Origin: an uncultured virus (IMG/VR IMGVR_UViG_3300027798_000023) | Lineage: Duplodnaviria > Heunggongvirae > Uroviricota > Caudoviricetes | IMG/VR virus record: IMGVR_UViG_3300027798_000023 | Reading direction: 5' to 3' (one strand) | Length of the DNA stretch: 36,925 nt | Part shown: piece by piece, positions 16,832 to 26,655 of the stretch | How positions within the stretch are numbered: the stretch's first letter is position 1 | Layout: each line of letters opens with the position of its first letter | Translations under genes and position numbers: made by a program | Notes under the pieces: model-generated | The model's input: only the letters and a program-made list of their open reading frames with translations | What the model was told of the DNA's origin: nothing | The model's database searches: none

Positions 16832-18199
16832 ATGGCAGATGCAGAGTTTACATTTAAGGCAACAGGAGCAGAGACAGTAGTCGCGGCTAACAAGCGTATT
16901 GAGCAATCGATGCAGCAACAAGCCAAGGCATCAAGCAAATCTGGGTATGCGGTTCTTGAGGCATCTAGGGCTTTAGAAGACTTTTCTATGGCCGGTATGC
17001 GTGGAGCGTTGAACAACATTCCGCAATTGCTGATGAACCTCGGTGTTGGAGCCGGGTTGACTGGTGTTATCGGTGCTTTGACAATCGTTGTATGGAAAGG
17101 AACTGAGTATTTAGACAAATATATAACCAGCCTTAGAGAAGCTAAGTTAGCTGGATCCGATATAGGTATTTCGCAATTTAACGCTGAATCTATAAAAGAA
17201 GCGTTTGGTGAAGAAGCGGTTAAAAAAGCAAAGCAAATGCTTCTTGTTTTGGACGAAATGGCTAGGGCGCAAGAAAGGCTTAACAATCTCACCCAAATCT
17301 ATACAAGCGAAACATTGGCGGGTAATGAGTTGAATCACGCTCAAGAAATGCTAAATCTGACAAGGAACAGAGCAACCGAAGAGCAAAAAGGAAGGGCCGA
17401 GCTAGAATATAAAATTAAACTGGCTGAGGAAGAGGCTAGCATGGTTCAAAATAAGGCCGATGTCGAAAAAGCAAGCCTTGAGGATATAAAGCGCAAAAAA
17501 GAAGAGCAGCAAAAAATTATACAAAAAGCTGATAGACTTGAGTTAGACGCTATAAACAAAAAAGTCCGCTTGAAATATGTAGAGTATAGTCAAAAATTGA
17601 TGGCTGCTCCACGCAAAAGACTTGAAGAGGAAGGCTATCTTAAACCCGGATTATTCAGAAAAGATAAATTGGACGATTACGATAAAGTTCAATTGACTGT
17701 TGCTGCTGGGAAATTAGCCAATAAATATAGAGATGACTTGCTTAAAGAAAGAGGTTTGACCGGCAAAGATATTGAAGATCAACTTAAAAAAGCATTGATC
17801 GCTGAAGAGGAAATTAAAATACTTGATGAGAAAATCAAGAGGCAAGAAGAGTTAATTAAAATAGCTGAGGACAATGCTGAGTCAGCGAAGAAAGTATTGG
17901 AATATGATGTCGAAAGACTAAAACTTTTAGAGGAAAGGGCTAATCTTGAGCGTCAACAAAAGCAAGAAGACGAAGATAAAAAGAAAGCTGAAGAGGAAAA
18001 TAAGAAACAAATGGCAGAATTGATGAAGGAACGAGGACTTGATGTTAGCTCCTTCCTGTCAAATCAAGCTCGTGTTGGACTTGGTGGCAATGAAGCTAAA
18101 ACAGCAATGGATACATTAAGTGTATCTAAACAACAACTTGCACAATTAAAAGAAATCGCAAGAAACACAAAGCACGGAAAAAGAACCGCATATAACTAA
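16832..18199 (+). CDS. Tape measure protein (short)
   Basis: Follows G/GT; helical, GALNNIPQL motif, hydrophobic segment, long K/E coiled coil, QQLAQLKEIARNT end. Confidence 0.8.
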   Translation: MADAEFTFKATGAETVVAANKRIEQSMQQQAKASSKSGYAVLEASRALEDFSMAGMRGALNNIPQLLMNLGVGAGLTGVIGALTIVVWKGTEYLDKYITSLREAKLAGSDIGISQFNAESIKEAFGEEAVKKAKQMLLVLDEMARAQERLNNLTQIYTSETLAGNELNHAQEMLNLTRNRATEEQKGRAELEYKIKLAEEEASMVQNKADVEKASLEDIKRKKEEQQKIIQKADRLELDAINKKVRLKYVEYSQKLMAAPRKRLEEEGYLKPGLFRKDKLDDYDKVQLTVAAGKLANKYRDDLLKERGLTGKDIEDQLKKALIAEEEIKILDEKIKRQEELIKIAEDNAESAKKVLEYDVERLKLLEERANLERQQKQEDEDKKKAEEENKKQMAELMKERGLDVSSFLSNQARVGLGGNEAKTAMDTLSVSKQQLAQLKEIARNTKHGKRTAYN

Positions 18200-19110
18200 T
18201 GAGCGCAATTAAATATGGATTATCAACAAGTAGTATCAGATGGGAGCCAGCTGATAGCGATTTGCAAATCAATAATACCGGTGGAGTAGTTATAAATGTT
18301 ACTGGGACTATTGATTGTGATGATGGAAGTTTTGCTTTATCAGAAGCAATTACATTGATTCCCGATCAATTACCTATTTCTAATGATGGCCCAATAGGAA
18401 ACAGCACAGATTATAGCGAAGCTAAATTAACAGATTCTGGAGCTAGATATCTTGGTGATGGCACAATTCAGATTACCGCTACTTATGAGATCGCCGAGCA
18501 AACAGGAATCCAGCCTGGGGCGGATCCATTGACAGAAACAGCAGATACAGATAGGGCAATTAGAAGCATTGTAGCCGAAGAAGTCCCGATTTTAGCTCAT
18601 CCAGTAGTTAGAGAATTTCCTGCCGCAGAAAGATCGCGTTTAGCATCATTGTTGGCTGGAGACGTTCAACCAAACCCAAGGTATAATCCAGATGGGTCTG
18701 GAAGTGAGCTGTGGGAGTTTAGGCAATATACAGAAGATGGAAACGATTTTGAAGAGGTAATATTTAGCGATACTGAATACACAACCGAAGATGAAATCAC
18801 TTCATCTCCGTTAAATTATGCAAGATTGATTGCCATTGGTATTACATCTTATCGCAGACCGATGGTTAGGCACACTATTACTCGGCAAAGAAATGAACCT
18901 GTTTCAAATAACGTATTAAGCAAAGTCGGAGAAGCACTTGATATTACGCCAGCACTTGCTCCAGACTTGCAAGGTGGACAATGGTTTTTCAATGGTGTCA
19001 ATGATTCCACGTCTAATGGCATTTTATGGACATCGCAATTTGAATTTGAATATACTGCTAGTGGTGGTGCATTAAAGGACATTTATAAAGGTGGAGAAGC
19101 TGAAGTATAA
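18199..19110 (+). CDS. Putative tail tip/distal tail protein
   Basis: Acidic beta-rich protein directly after TMP; PILAHP motif. Confidence 0.55.
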   Translation: MSAIKYGLSTSSIRWEPADSDLQINNTGGVVINVTGTIDCDDGSFALSEAITLIPDQLPISNDGPIGNSTDYSEAKLTDSGARYLGDGTIQITATYEIAEQTGIQPGADPLTETADTDRAIRSIVAEEVPILAHPVVREFPAAERSRLASLLAGDVQPNPRYNPDGSGSELWEFRQYTEDGNDFEEVIFSDTEYTTEDEITSSPLNYARLIAIGITSYRRPMVRHTITRQRNEPVSNNVLSKVGEALDITPALAPDLQGGQWFFNGVNDSTSNGILWTSQFEFEYTASGGALKDIYKGGEAEV

Positions 19111-19112
19111 TT

Positions 19113-19604
19113 ATGAAACAATTTACGAGTCCTGTTAAACCTCAAGTTGGTCATGCAATTAAGGCTGATCATATGCAAAACCACGCTAGAGCAATTGAAG
19201 AGTTGCAAAGGGCATTGCAGCCTATAAAACCATCCAAAAAAAGAATGTTTTTTAAGCGATTGCCGTTTGAGGTTACTGCAAGTGATTCATTACAAGCTGC
19301 TCCGGGAGTCTTCTGCGATACAGAATTCGATACAACTATTGAATCAACACCACTTGATGGTGATTGGTATTTTCAAGGATTGCTTGTTATTGATGACACA
19401 ACTGGATCAGTCGTGTCGGCTACCGTTGAATGGAGTCAGACTGAAGGTGTAGATACAACAACTGACTTTTACACTACTATTGCGACTGTATATGTTGACA
19501 ATACAACTCCAACTCCGCCATACATTGTGCAATATAATTATGGAACGATTGTTGGGATCGTTCATGGTTCTACTGATCAAGTTTGGAATGTTACGTTTTT
19601 CTAA
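19113..19604 (+). CDS. Putative tail/baseplate protein
   Basis: Synteny; T/D-rich beta C-terminus. Confidence 0.5.
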   Translation: MKQFTSPVKPQVGHAIKADHMQNHARAIEELQRALQPIKPSKKRMFFKRLPFEVTASDSLQAAPGVFCDTEFDTTIESTPLDGDWYFQGLLVIDDTTGSVVSATVEWSQTEGVDTTTDFYTTIATVYVDNTTPTPPYIVQYNYGTIVGIVHGSTDQVWNVTFF

Positions 19605-20308
19605 TGGTCGAAGAGTATTTAGCTATAATTAAGCAAAAAAAGCATGATTTACATGACTTTTTACAAGGCTATTGGAATCATCCTCACAGATTAACAGAAA
19701 TATCTTTGTCTGGATATCTTACTCAAATCGAAGATGGAAGGGATTTTACTGGAGCTGGAACATCGGCATTTGTAGACACATATGATTACACAGGATCATT
19801 ATTCCCAGTCATAACTCGTAAATTTTATGACAACGAACCATTTAAAAGTTTTGCTGGCCCAGAACCATCAAAAGGTGAAATTACTATTTCTCAAGATTGC
19901 CTTTACGGATGGAGGATGATTTCAAATCAAGGACTTGAAAATGATCCAGTTACAGTTGGAACTTTTACACGGGAAAGCTATACCCGTGCAACAATTGGAA
20001 GTCCTTGGGTATTAGGTAGCACGACAAGTTATGATCTTATAGGAAACCTTATTTGTTTACCAAACAACGGTGGAGACGTAGTAAGTGGAGGTAGAGGGGC
20101 TGACGTTGATTCAAGCAAAGCAGATATATTGATTGATATTTCAATCATGGGGCTTTTTACGACTATTGGACGCTTTCCTTGGAATGACCCTTGGGCTTCG
20201 GAAACTGATGCTTTTACTGATTTCCTAAATGATTGGATAGCAAACGGTAATGCTGCATACGGAGCTGGGTTTTCCGGTTCGTGTTCTATGTCGCTGGATT
20301 TTTCGTGA
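19604..20308 (+). CDS. Putative tail-associated protein
   Basis: TAATG-coupled start at 19604 in frame with ORF 19583..20308. Confidence 0.5.
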   Translation: MVEEYLAIIKQKKHDLHDFLQGYWNHPHRLTEISLSGYLTQIEDGRDFTGAGTSAFVDTYDYTGSLFPVITRKFYDNEPFKSFAGPEPSKGEITISQDCLYGWRMISNQGLENDPVTVGTFTRESYTRATIGSPWVLGSTTSYDLIGNLICLPNNGGDVVSGGRGADVDSSKADILIDISIMGLFTTIGRFPWNDPWASETDAFTDFLNDWIANGNAAYGAGFSGSCSMSLDFS

Positions 20309-20368
20309 TTGCCTAAATTCGCATATTTATCCTTGCCTAAATCGCCAGAATAATCTAACAGTCTCCAT

Positions 20369-20863
20369 ATGGGAGTCATTTCAAACGCAAGATTAACTTA
20401 CGGGCTTTCAGCCTCTGGGACTCATACTGGAACTAACCAGACCGGCAGCATTATCGTCGGCAAACCCCAGACAACCAAGAATTTCCTCACGGCCGACATT
20501 GCTTACGCTTTCTCGGTTACGAGCGATGACGCAGCCGATGTCGCCACTTTGACCATTTCAACTGGCGTGGTCGCACAAACCACGGGTGTTCCGATTATCG
20601 CTGACGGGGACGGCAATGATTTCGAGGGTGACGCTCTTACTCCAATCGTGACCGCTTACGCCATGCTTGTTGAGCCTATTGGCACAACTACTGGTACAAT
20701 GGCAGTTTCAAGCTCTGTCACAAGCAACGGCATAGGCAAGACGTTTGCGGCCGGATCGACCACTCCATTGCTTTGCCAAATCCCATCGACTGGGACTATT
20801 TCTTTCACATTCTCACAAGCTGCCGATAGCTACAAAGTAACCGTTTTAGGAAAATCCTCTTAA
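20369..20863 (+). CDS. Putative virion structural protein
   Basis: 164 aa, T/S/G/A-rich. Confidence 0.55.
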   Translation: MGVISNARLTYGLSASGTHTGTNQTGSIIVGKPQTTKNFLTADIAYAFSVTSDDAADVATLTISTGVVAQTTGVPIIADGDGNDFEGDALTPIVTAYAMLVEPIGTTTGTMAVSSSVTSNGIGKTFAAGSTTPLLCQIPSTGTISFTFSQAADSYKVTVLGKSS

Positions 20864-20864
20864 C

Positions 20865-21227
20865 ATGGCAATAAATCTTCAGCCACTAACCTGGCATTGG
20901 GAGCCGGTTCCTAAAGGTGACACCTACCCTGCTGCAATCATCACCGAAACATTGAGTGATGCTGATCTCGTTCGTGTGAAAATAGAGATCAAAGCAAACG
21001 GCAACACCACGTCATCCTTGGTTCTTGATAGCGATGACACGGGAATTGTTATCACCAGTAGTGCTGCTGGGTCATGGGCATTTACTATCGAGGAGATATC
21101 TGCCACAACGACAGACGCACTCGATGAGCAGTATTACGCCTATCAATTGAAAACCACGGACGCGAATGGAGTCGTAAGAACTGAGTTTCAAGGCACATGG
21201 GAAGTGACTCCGCAAATACCTGTTTAA
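20865..21227 (+). CDS. BppU-N-like fibre adaptor protein
   Basis: KGDTY...Y.YQLKTTDANGVVRT..QG pattern, directly before the fibre gene. Confidence 0.6.
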   Translation: MAINLQPLTWHWEPVPKGDTYPAAIITETLSDADLVRVKIEIKANGNTTSSLVLDSDDTGIVITSSAAGSWAFTIEEISATTTDALDEQYYAYQLKTTDANGVVRTEFQGTWEVTPQIPV

Positions 21228-21228
21228 T

Positions 21229-23352
21229 ATGGCAAAGAATTTTACAATCGAACAAGATTCTCCCACTAAGAATTTTACAATCACCCAAGATGGGGTGACG
21301 AAAAATTTTACTATTGCTACCGGAGTCGGGCCGGCTGGGACATCCGCCACAGTTGATCAAACGATCATCGACGGCAGCACCAACGCCGTGTCTGGCAATG
21401 CTGTATTCGATGGACTCGCACTTAAGGCGCCGATTGCCAACCCTACATTCACCGGCATCGTCACAGCTCCAAGGATTACAGGTCGATGCGATGGATTGGA
21501 AGTATTTTGCAAAGCCGGACTTGCGATCAATGCCGGGCAGGTTGTCTATGTAACCGGCGCATCTGGCAGCAATATCATCATTGGGCTTGCACAGGCCAAC
21601 GCAGAGCCGACATCCAGCAAAACAATCGGCATCAGCGAATCAACCCTTGCTCACAACGCTACCGGCTACGCGATCACGGAAGGACTGATGACTGTCAGCA
21701 TCTCGGCACCGTCTGCTATCGAAGGCGATCCGATCTGGCTATCCTCGACAACCGCTGGCGGCATGGTATTCGGACTTGCCAACAAGCCATCCGCACCGAA
21801 TCACATCGTTTATCTCGGAGTCGTCACACGCAAGACCGGGAACACAGTTGTTGAAATCTACGTTAAGATCCAGAACGGCGCCGAACTCGATGAGTTGGCC
21901 GATGTAGCCATCACAAGTCCAGTCGCAGGGCAAGCGTTGATGCGCGGTGCATCTCTCTGGGAAAATCGCAGTCTTGTCAGCGCGGACATTACTGATGCGA
22001 CCGCAAGCGCTACTCCAAGCACAATCGTAAAACGTAACGCGCAAGGCGGAGCAGAATTTGCAGGCACAAGCTCGATAGCAGTTTCAGTAACTTCTACTGC
22101 TGCCACAGCGGTCAATGCTATTTCAACGAATAGTACCGCAGTTTATGGAGAATCAGGACCATCTGAAGGTGGTTTCTTCGCATCTGCTACTGGAACAGGT
22201 TTGGTAGGTTTCACAGACTCTGGCGACTATCACGCAAAGTTTGGAAACACATCCGGAGACAATCGTTCGTTCGTCGCAAGAGTAAGCGGAGCATTTGGAT
22301 GGTGGAGAGGTGCATTTCGTGGGTTTCTGCAAGCTCCTGCCTCTATCACGTCTAGCGATAAGACTTGGACTCTGCCAAACAACACCGGCACGGTCGCGCT
22401 GACGACCGACGAGATGACTCCGACCGCAGCCGGACTGACCAGCAAGTTTGGAACGAACAAGGCGACAATCGTCAACGGTGACAAGGTGACAATACTTGAC
22501 AGCGCGGCATCAGACGCACCGAAGCACGTCCTCTGGTCGCTGATCGTATCGACTTTGACCACGGCATTCAACGCGCTCTACGTCGGGCTGACGGGTAACC
22601 AAACAGTGGCAGGTAACAAGACGCTATCTGGACAACTTGAGCTTACCGGTCAAGCAGCAACCAATACGACAAGCGCAATGAATCGGGGTTTAGTGCGCGG
22701 CGAAAATCTGCAAAACCTATGGCTGCCGATAAGTTGGAACGCGCCGACTGGAACAGCCAACACGAGCGGATCAACGGTCGGACTTTCCGTAACTCTAGTC
22801 TCGTCTTCTACCTCATTATCAGGAAATAACCGAATCTGTACCATTGCCCAAAACTACCTAAACAGGCACGGGAGCGGAGCAAACCAGCGAATGTCTGGGG
22901 CTAAATGGAGCGCGATGTTTGATCTTACTTTTGAAGGACCCAGAAACAACGAAATCCGCCTCCTTTTCGGCGTGGCTGCAGCAACGCTGGATATTAACTC
23001 CGTCGCTGGGCTAGGTCTGGTTGTCCTGCCAAACAGCACTAACGCAAAACTGCAAATCCATAATGGTTCAAGCCTATTAGAATCCGCCAATTTTTCTTTG
23101 ACTAGCTCCTCATTACGCAGGATTTTACTAACGTGGGACGGCTCTACCTTTAGCTGCTATTTAGCTTCTCATACTGATACTGCGGAGGCTCCTAGGTTTG
23201 CGCTCGTCCAGAATCTAATTGGAGCATCTCTCCCTACTACGTCTTCAGGAACATCTTGGAATATGGTGATTCAGGCGACGGATGTAAACACATTAATCGC
23301 AGCATTATATTTACGAGCTGCTCAATTTTGCCCTTATGTAGTAGTCCCATAA
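21229..23352 (+). CDS. Tail fibre / receptor-binding protein
   Basis: 707 aa, G/T/S/A-rich; VDQTIIDGSTNAVSGNAVFD, KAPIANPTFTG, LDELADVAIT and GNQTVAGNKT fibre motifs. Confidence 0.85.
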   Translation: MAKNFTIEQDSPTKNFTITQDGVTKNFTIATGVGPAGTSATVDQTIIDGSTNAVSGNAVFDGLALKAPIANPTFTGIVTAPRITGRCDGLEVFCKAGLAINAGQVVYVTGASGSNIIIGLAQANAEPTSSKTIGISESTLAHNATGYAITEGLMTVSISAPSAIEGDPIWLSSTTAGGMVFGLANKPSAPNHIVYLGVVTRKTGNTVVEIYVKIQNGAELDELADVAITSPVAGQALMRGASLWENRSLVSADITDATASATPSTIVKRNAQGGAEFAGTSSIAVSVTSTAATAVNAISTNSTAVYGESGPSEGGFFASATGTGLVGFTDSGDYHAKFGNTSGDNRSFVARVSGAFGWWRGAFRGFLQAPASITSSDKTWTLPNNTGTVALTTDEMTPTAAGLTSKFGTNKATIVNGDKVTILDSAASDAPKHVLWSLIVSTLTTAFNALYVGLTGNQTVAGNKTLSGQLELTGQAATNTTSAMNRGLVRGENLQNLWLPISWNAPTGTANTSGSTVGLSVTLVSSSTSLSGNNRICTIAQNYLNRHGSGANQRMSGAKWSAMFDLTFEGPRNNEIRLLFGVAAATLDINSVAGLGLVVLPNSTNAKLQIHNGSSLLESANFSLTSSSLRRILLTWDGSTFSCYLASHTDTAEAPRFALVQNLIGASLPTTSSGTSWNMVIQATDVNTLIAALYLRAAQFCPYVVVP

Positions 23353-23363
23353 TTCAAACCACC

Positions 23364-23690
23364 ATGTCACTCATCCAAAAATCCACCGCCGAGAAACTAG
23401 CCAACGAGATTGACTCGATCAATACCGAGGCGATCAGTTTCATCAAATCCATGATGTCCAACGCTTTTGCCAAGGCAAACACCGCAGGCGAGCAGCAAGC
23501 GATTATGGACGTATTCGGAACGAACGCCGTCAACGCGCTCACAGTCTATTCGACCTTCCACGCGGCACTCAGCGCACTAGGTCAAGCCGAGGGATTGGAT
23601 GTGCCGAATCTTGCAGTGTTCACGCCTCAATCAGACGGCAAGGTGATCTTCGTCGCGCCACCTGAACCAGAGCCAGAATCAATCTCATGA
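23364..23690 (+). CDS. Hypothetical protein after the fibre (possible fibre chaperone)
   Basis: AAACCACC-ATG start at 23364 in frame with ORF 23256..23690. Confidence 0.6.
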   Translation: MSLIQKSTAEKLANEIDSINTEAISFIKSMMSNAFAKANTAGEQQAIMDVFGTNAVNALTVYSTFHAALSALGQAEGLDVPNLAVFTPQSDGKVIFVAPPEPEPESIS

Positions 23691-23869
23691 ACGAACACAG
23701 CACAGCTTACAATCTTCTCAATGGACTTGTCGGATCGGCAGCATCCGCACTCGGAGTGGTGACTCAATTCCAGGAACAGCTCGACTGGGCATTGAAAACG
23801 ACTTCAACATCTTTGCTGATCTGTGTTTCGCTTGTGACGCTTTACAATTTACTCAAAAAGAAAAAGTGA
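23687..23869 (+). CDS. Putative holin
   Basis: 60 aa, two hydrophobic segments, KKKK C-terminus, near endolysin. Confidence 0.6.
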   Translation: MNEHSTAYNLLNGLVGSAASALGVVTQFQEQLDWALKTTSTSLLICVSLVTLYNLLKKKK

Positions 23870-24264
23870 CCGATTGCTTTCCAGACGTGGCGCAGTTTAG
23901 CGATGCCGGTATGCGAGGTGATTCTCGCATCTTCCAGCTTACTGCCAATTTCCGTTATCACTCATCTGTCGGAACAATTACTGTTCGCAAAGGTTTTTAC
24001 ACGGATGGCGGGAGTGTGCCTCGTATTTTCTGGTCTTTGCTAGATCCTTGGTCAAAATTCTTCTCCGCAGCATTGGTGCATGACTGGATATACTCCAAAG
24101 ATTCCACCGCAGCATTCCCAGTCGCAGGCCGCAAAGAAGCTGATTTGATATTCAAGGAAGCCATGTTTAACGCCGGTGTTGGCTGGATTACGCGGGAAAC
24201 CGTATATCGGGCAGTCAGACTAGGCGGATGGGCCAGTTACAAGAAGAAGTATTCCAACGAATAG
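23866..24264 (+). CDS. DUF1353-like protein
   Basis: GFYTDGGSVPR, AALVHDWIY, RKEADLIF and AVRLGG motifs. Confidence 0.85.
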   Translation: MTDCFPDVAQFSDAGMRGDSRIFQLTANFRYHSSVGTITVRKGFYTDGGSVPRIFWSLLDPWSKFFSAALVHDWIYSKDSTAAFPVAGRKEADLIFKEAMFNAGVGWITRETVYRAVRLGGWASYKKKYSNE

Positions 24265-24265
24265 T

Positions 24266-24294
24266 TTGACATACGGCTAAATCCTAGCTAAACC
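24266..24294 (+). promoter_or_regulatory. Putative sigma70-type promoter upstream of the endolysin
   Basis: TTGACA-17nt-TAAACC, ending 7 nt before the ATG. Confidence 0.45.
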
Positions 24295-24301
24295 CAATCT
24301 A

Positions 24302-24862
24302 ATGATAGCAATCTGCATAGGGCATAGCCGGAAGATTGGCGGACGATACGATGGCGGGGCTTACTCCGATGCGCTTAAAATTAATGAGCGCGAGTTTAAC
24401 TTAAAGGTCGCAAGTGAATTGTCAGCTAAACTGGCATCCCGAGGTATCCGCAACAAGATTATCGACCAATACGGCGGCAATGGCTACGGCTCGGCAATGG
24501 CAGATGTTGCTAGGCAGGTTAAAGACATTAGGGCATCATTGGCTATCGAGCTGCATTTCAACTCGGCATCTACAGACGCTAACGGGCATGAATGGCTTTA
24601 TTGGCATTCCTCAACGATTGGCGAAAAGGTAGCTGGTAAGTTTGATGCCGAGTTTTCCAAGGAGTTCCCGACCATCAAAAGACGCGGTTTGAAGGCGATT
24701 ACCAAAAAGGATCGTGGCGGTAAATTCTTAGAGCTTACGCATTGCCCTGCGATCATCCTAGAGCCGTTCTTTGGATCCTCTGTGGCAGATTGTGCCAAAA
24801 TCAACCTAGGCGGGCTTACAGAGGCTTATACGCGAGCAATTCAACAATGTGTATCACCATGA
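24302..24862 (+). CDS. Endolysin, N-acetylmuramoyl-L-alanine amidase (Amidase_3)
   Basis: GH...E, ELHFNS, ANGHE and PAIILEPFF Zn-amidase motifs. Confidence 0.9.
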   Translation: MIAICIGHSRKIGGRYDGGAYSDALKINEREFNLKVASELSAKLASRGIRNKIIDQYGGNGYGSAMADVARQVKDIRASLAIELHFNSASTDANGHEWLYWHSSTIGEKVAGKFDAEFSKEFPTIKRRGLKAITKKDRGGKFLELTHCPAIILEPFFGSSVADCAKINLGGLTEAYTRAIQQCVSP

Positions 24863-25143
24863 GACTACCACGTTCAGTAAAAATAGCCGGGCAATCCATC
24901 AAAATCAAAGTTGGCAAATTAGAGGAAGCATACGGACAATACGAGCATGACAACCGGGCTATCTGGATTTCCAATACGATCAAAGACGAGCGGGTCATCA
25001 TCACAACTTTACGGCACGAAATACTTGAGGCATCACTACTTATATCTGGCGTTGGCTGGCTTGAGAAATACGATCAAGAGGCAATCGTCAGATGCGTTGA
25101 CGAGATATTCTGGCCCGCTTGGGAATCATTAAACTTAAACTAA
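24859..25143 (+). CDS. Small zincin-like protein (HExxE variant)
   Basis: ATGA-coupled start; YGQY...IWI...TLRHEILEA. Confidence 0.65.
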   Translation: MRLPRSVKIAGQSIKIKVGKLEEAYGQYEHDNRAIWISNTIKDERVIITTLRHEILEASLLISGVGWLEKYDQEAIVRCVDEIFWPAWESLNLN

Positions 25144-25144
25144 T

Positions 25145-25870
25145 ATGGCTTGGGAGAAATCAATATTTATGGCTGACTCTCACGGCGATCTGGTCTGCCC
25201 AAAAGCAATCAAGGTTTTCAAGTCATTCATGGAGGAATGGAAGCCCAAGATCAAAGTCCATTTGGGCGATGTCTGGGACTTTAGAGCGATCCGCCGAGGA
25301 GCTGGGCCGGAGGAACGCGCGGAGGGCATACGCTACGATTTTAACTGCGGAATGGAGCTTTTGGATTGGTATCGCCCGGACTATTTAACCCTTGGCAATC
25401 ATTGCCATCGTTTATGGCGAGCAGCCGGTGAGACAAGCAACGGAGTTTTGGCTGATCTATGCGCCCAGAAAGCGCAGGAAACTGAAGACGAGCTGCGTAA
25501 AATGCGGATCAAATGGATCCCTTGGAAAGTGACCGAGCGGTTCAAGATCGGAAAACTCACATTGATTCACGGCTTCCATTCATCAATGCACCCGGCTAAA
25601 GCGCACCACGAAAAATACGGTTCGTGCATATTCGGTCACGTCCATGCCCCGAACGATTACGAGGCACGGCATATTGACGGCGGCAGTTCTCACGCTATCG
25701 GGACAATGGCACAGATTGACAAAATGTCTTACGCCGATGCTTACACCGCAAAGCTAGGCTGGAGGCAGGGCTTCGCATACGGACTACACAACACGAAAAC
25801 AGGAGACTTCAAGATATGGCAAATAACAAGAAACGGATCGGATTGGGTCAGCCCGCACGGGATACTCTAA
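25145..25870 (+). CDS. Calcineurin-like metallophosphoesterase
   Basis: DSH, GDVWD, GNH, IHG and GHVH motifs. Confidence 0.9.
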   Translation: MAWEKSIFMADSHGDLVCPKAIKVFKSFMEEWKPKIKVHLGDVWDFRAIRRGAGPEERAEGIRYDFNCGMELLDWYRPDYLTLGNHCHRLWRAAGETSNGVLADLCAQKAQETEDELRKMRIKWIPWKVTERFKIGKLTLIHGFHSSMHPAKAHHEKYGSCIFGHVHAPNDYEARHIDGGSSHAIGTMAQIDKMSYADAYTAKLGWRQGFAYGLHNTKTGDFKIWQITRNGSDWVSPHGIL

Positions 25871-26091
25871 GTGCCTTGGATCGGGCTTTACTCGACCTGG
25901 CACTAGATACCCAAGAAAAGCAGCCAGATGAGTTTACAATCAAAGACCTTGTTGAGTCAACTAACGGCACTTTGCAATATAGCGCGATGAAGGTTAGAGC
26001 GCAAAAAATGGTTAAAGACGGCAAATGGAAGGTTCGCGTCTTAAGAGGGGCGAAGTATTATAGCCAAGCGTTACAAAATGTAACGGTTTGA
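25816..26091 (+). CDS. Putative winged-helix protein
   Basis: FTIKDL...MVKDGKWKVRV...YY pattern. Confidence 0.5.
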   Translation: MANNKKRIGLGQPARDTLSALDRALLDLALDTQEKQPDEFTIKDLVESTNGTLQYSAMKVRAQKMVKDGKWKVRVLRGAKYYSQALQNVTV

Positions 26092-26154
26092 ATCTTTTTT
26101 GCTTTTTCTGCATTTTTTGCTTCCCATTTCGTAAACGAAAGGTTTAATCGCGAT

Positions 26155-26406
26155 ATGACCCATACAGTCTACTACATAAAACCCGAAGCGGCTATCGTTT
26201 GCAAAATCTGCAAACAATCACGCAACGTCAGCGCACCGGAACTAACGATGACGCTTGACGAGGTGAGGAACATCACGGCATCTGATATTCTGGAAGCCAT
26301 CACCGAGCGGCAAAAGATCGACGGCTGGCATCACGATTATTGCCCGCGCTGCACCACTAATAACGCGGCCCGCATTGCCGAGGAAGAACTAGACGAACAA
26401 ATTTAA
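26155..26406 (+). CDS. Zn-finger hypothetical protein
   Basis: CKIC...CPRC. Confidence 0.65.
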   Translation: MTHTVYYIKPEAAIVCKICKQSRNVSAPELTMTLDEVRNITASDILEAITERQKIDGWHHDYCPRCTTNNAARIAEEELDEQI

Positions 26407-26408
26407 AC

Positions 26409-26618
26409 ATGAACTACCAACACATACTAGAACAAGACAAGAACGAGCGGAAACATCTTCGCTTTGTTAAAGCAATCCACGATCAAGATGGTCACACTTA
26501 TCCTGCTTTATCCTTGCCGGAAAATTGGGAGAATGTCCGCCATGTTGTCGGCAATCTTTACTTTGCTTGGGATGAAGATCCTCTGCTTGGTCAGATTTAC
26601 CTTGCCGAGTATGATTGA
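26409..26618 (+). CDS. Hypothetical protein
   Basis: 69 aa ORF in a tightly spaced run. Confidence 0.6.
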   Translation: MNYQHILEQDKNERKHLRFVKAIHDQDGHTYPALSLPENWENVRHVVGNLYFAWDEDPLLGQIYLAEYD

Positions 26619-26655
26619 GCGGAAAAGTGGTAACGAATACAACTAACCTATAAAA

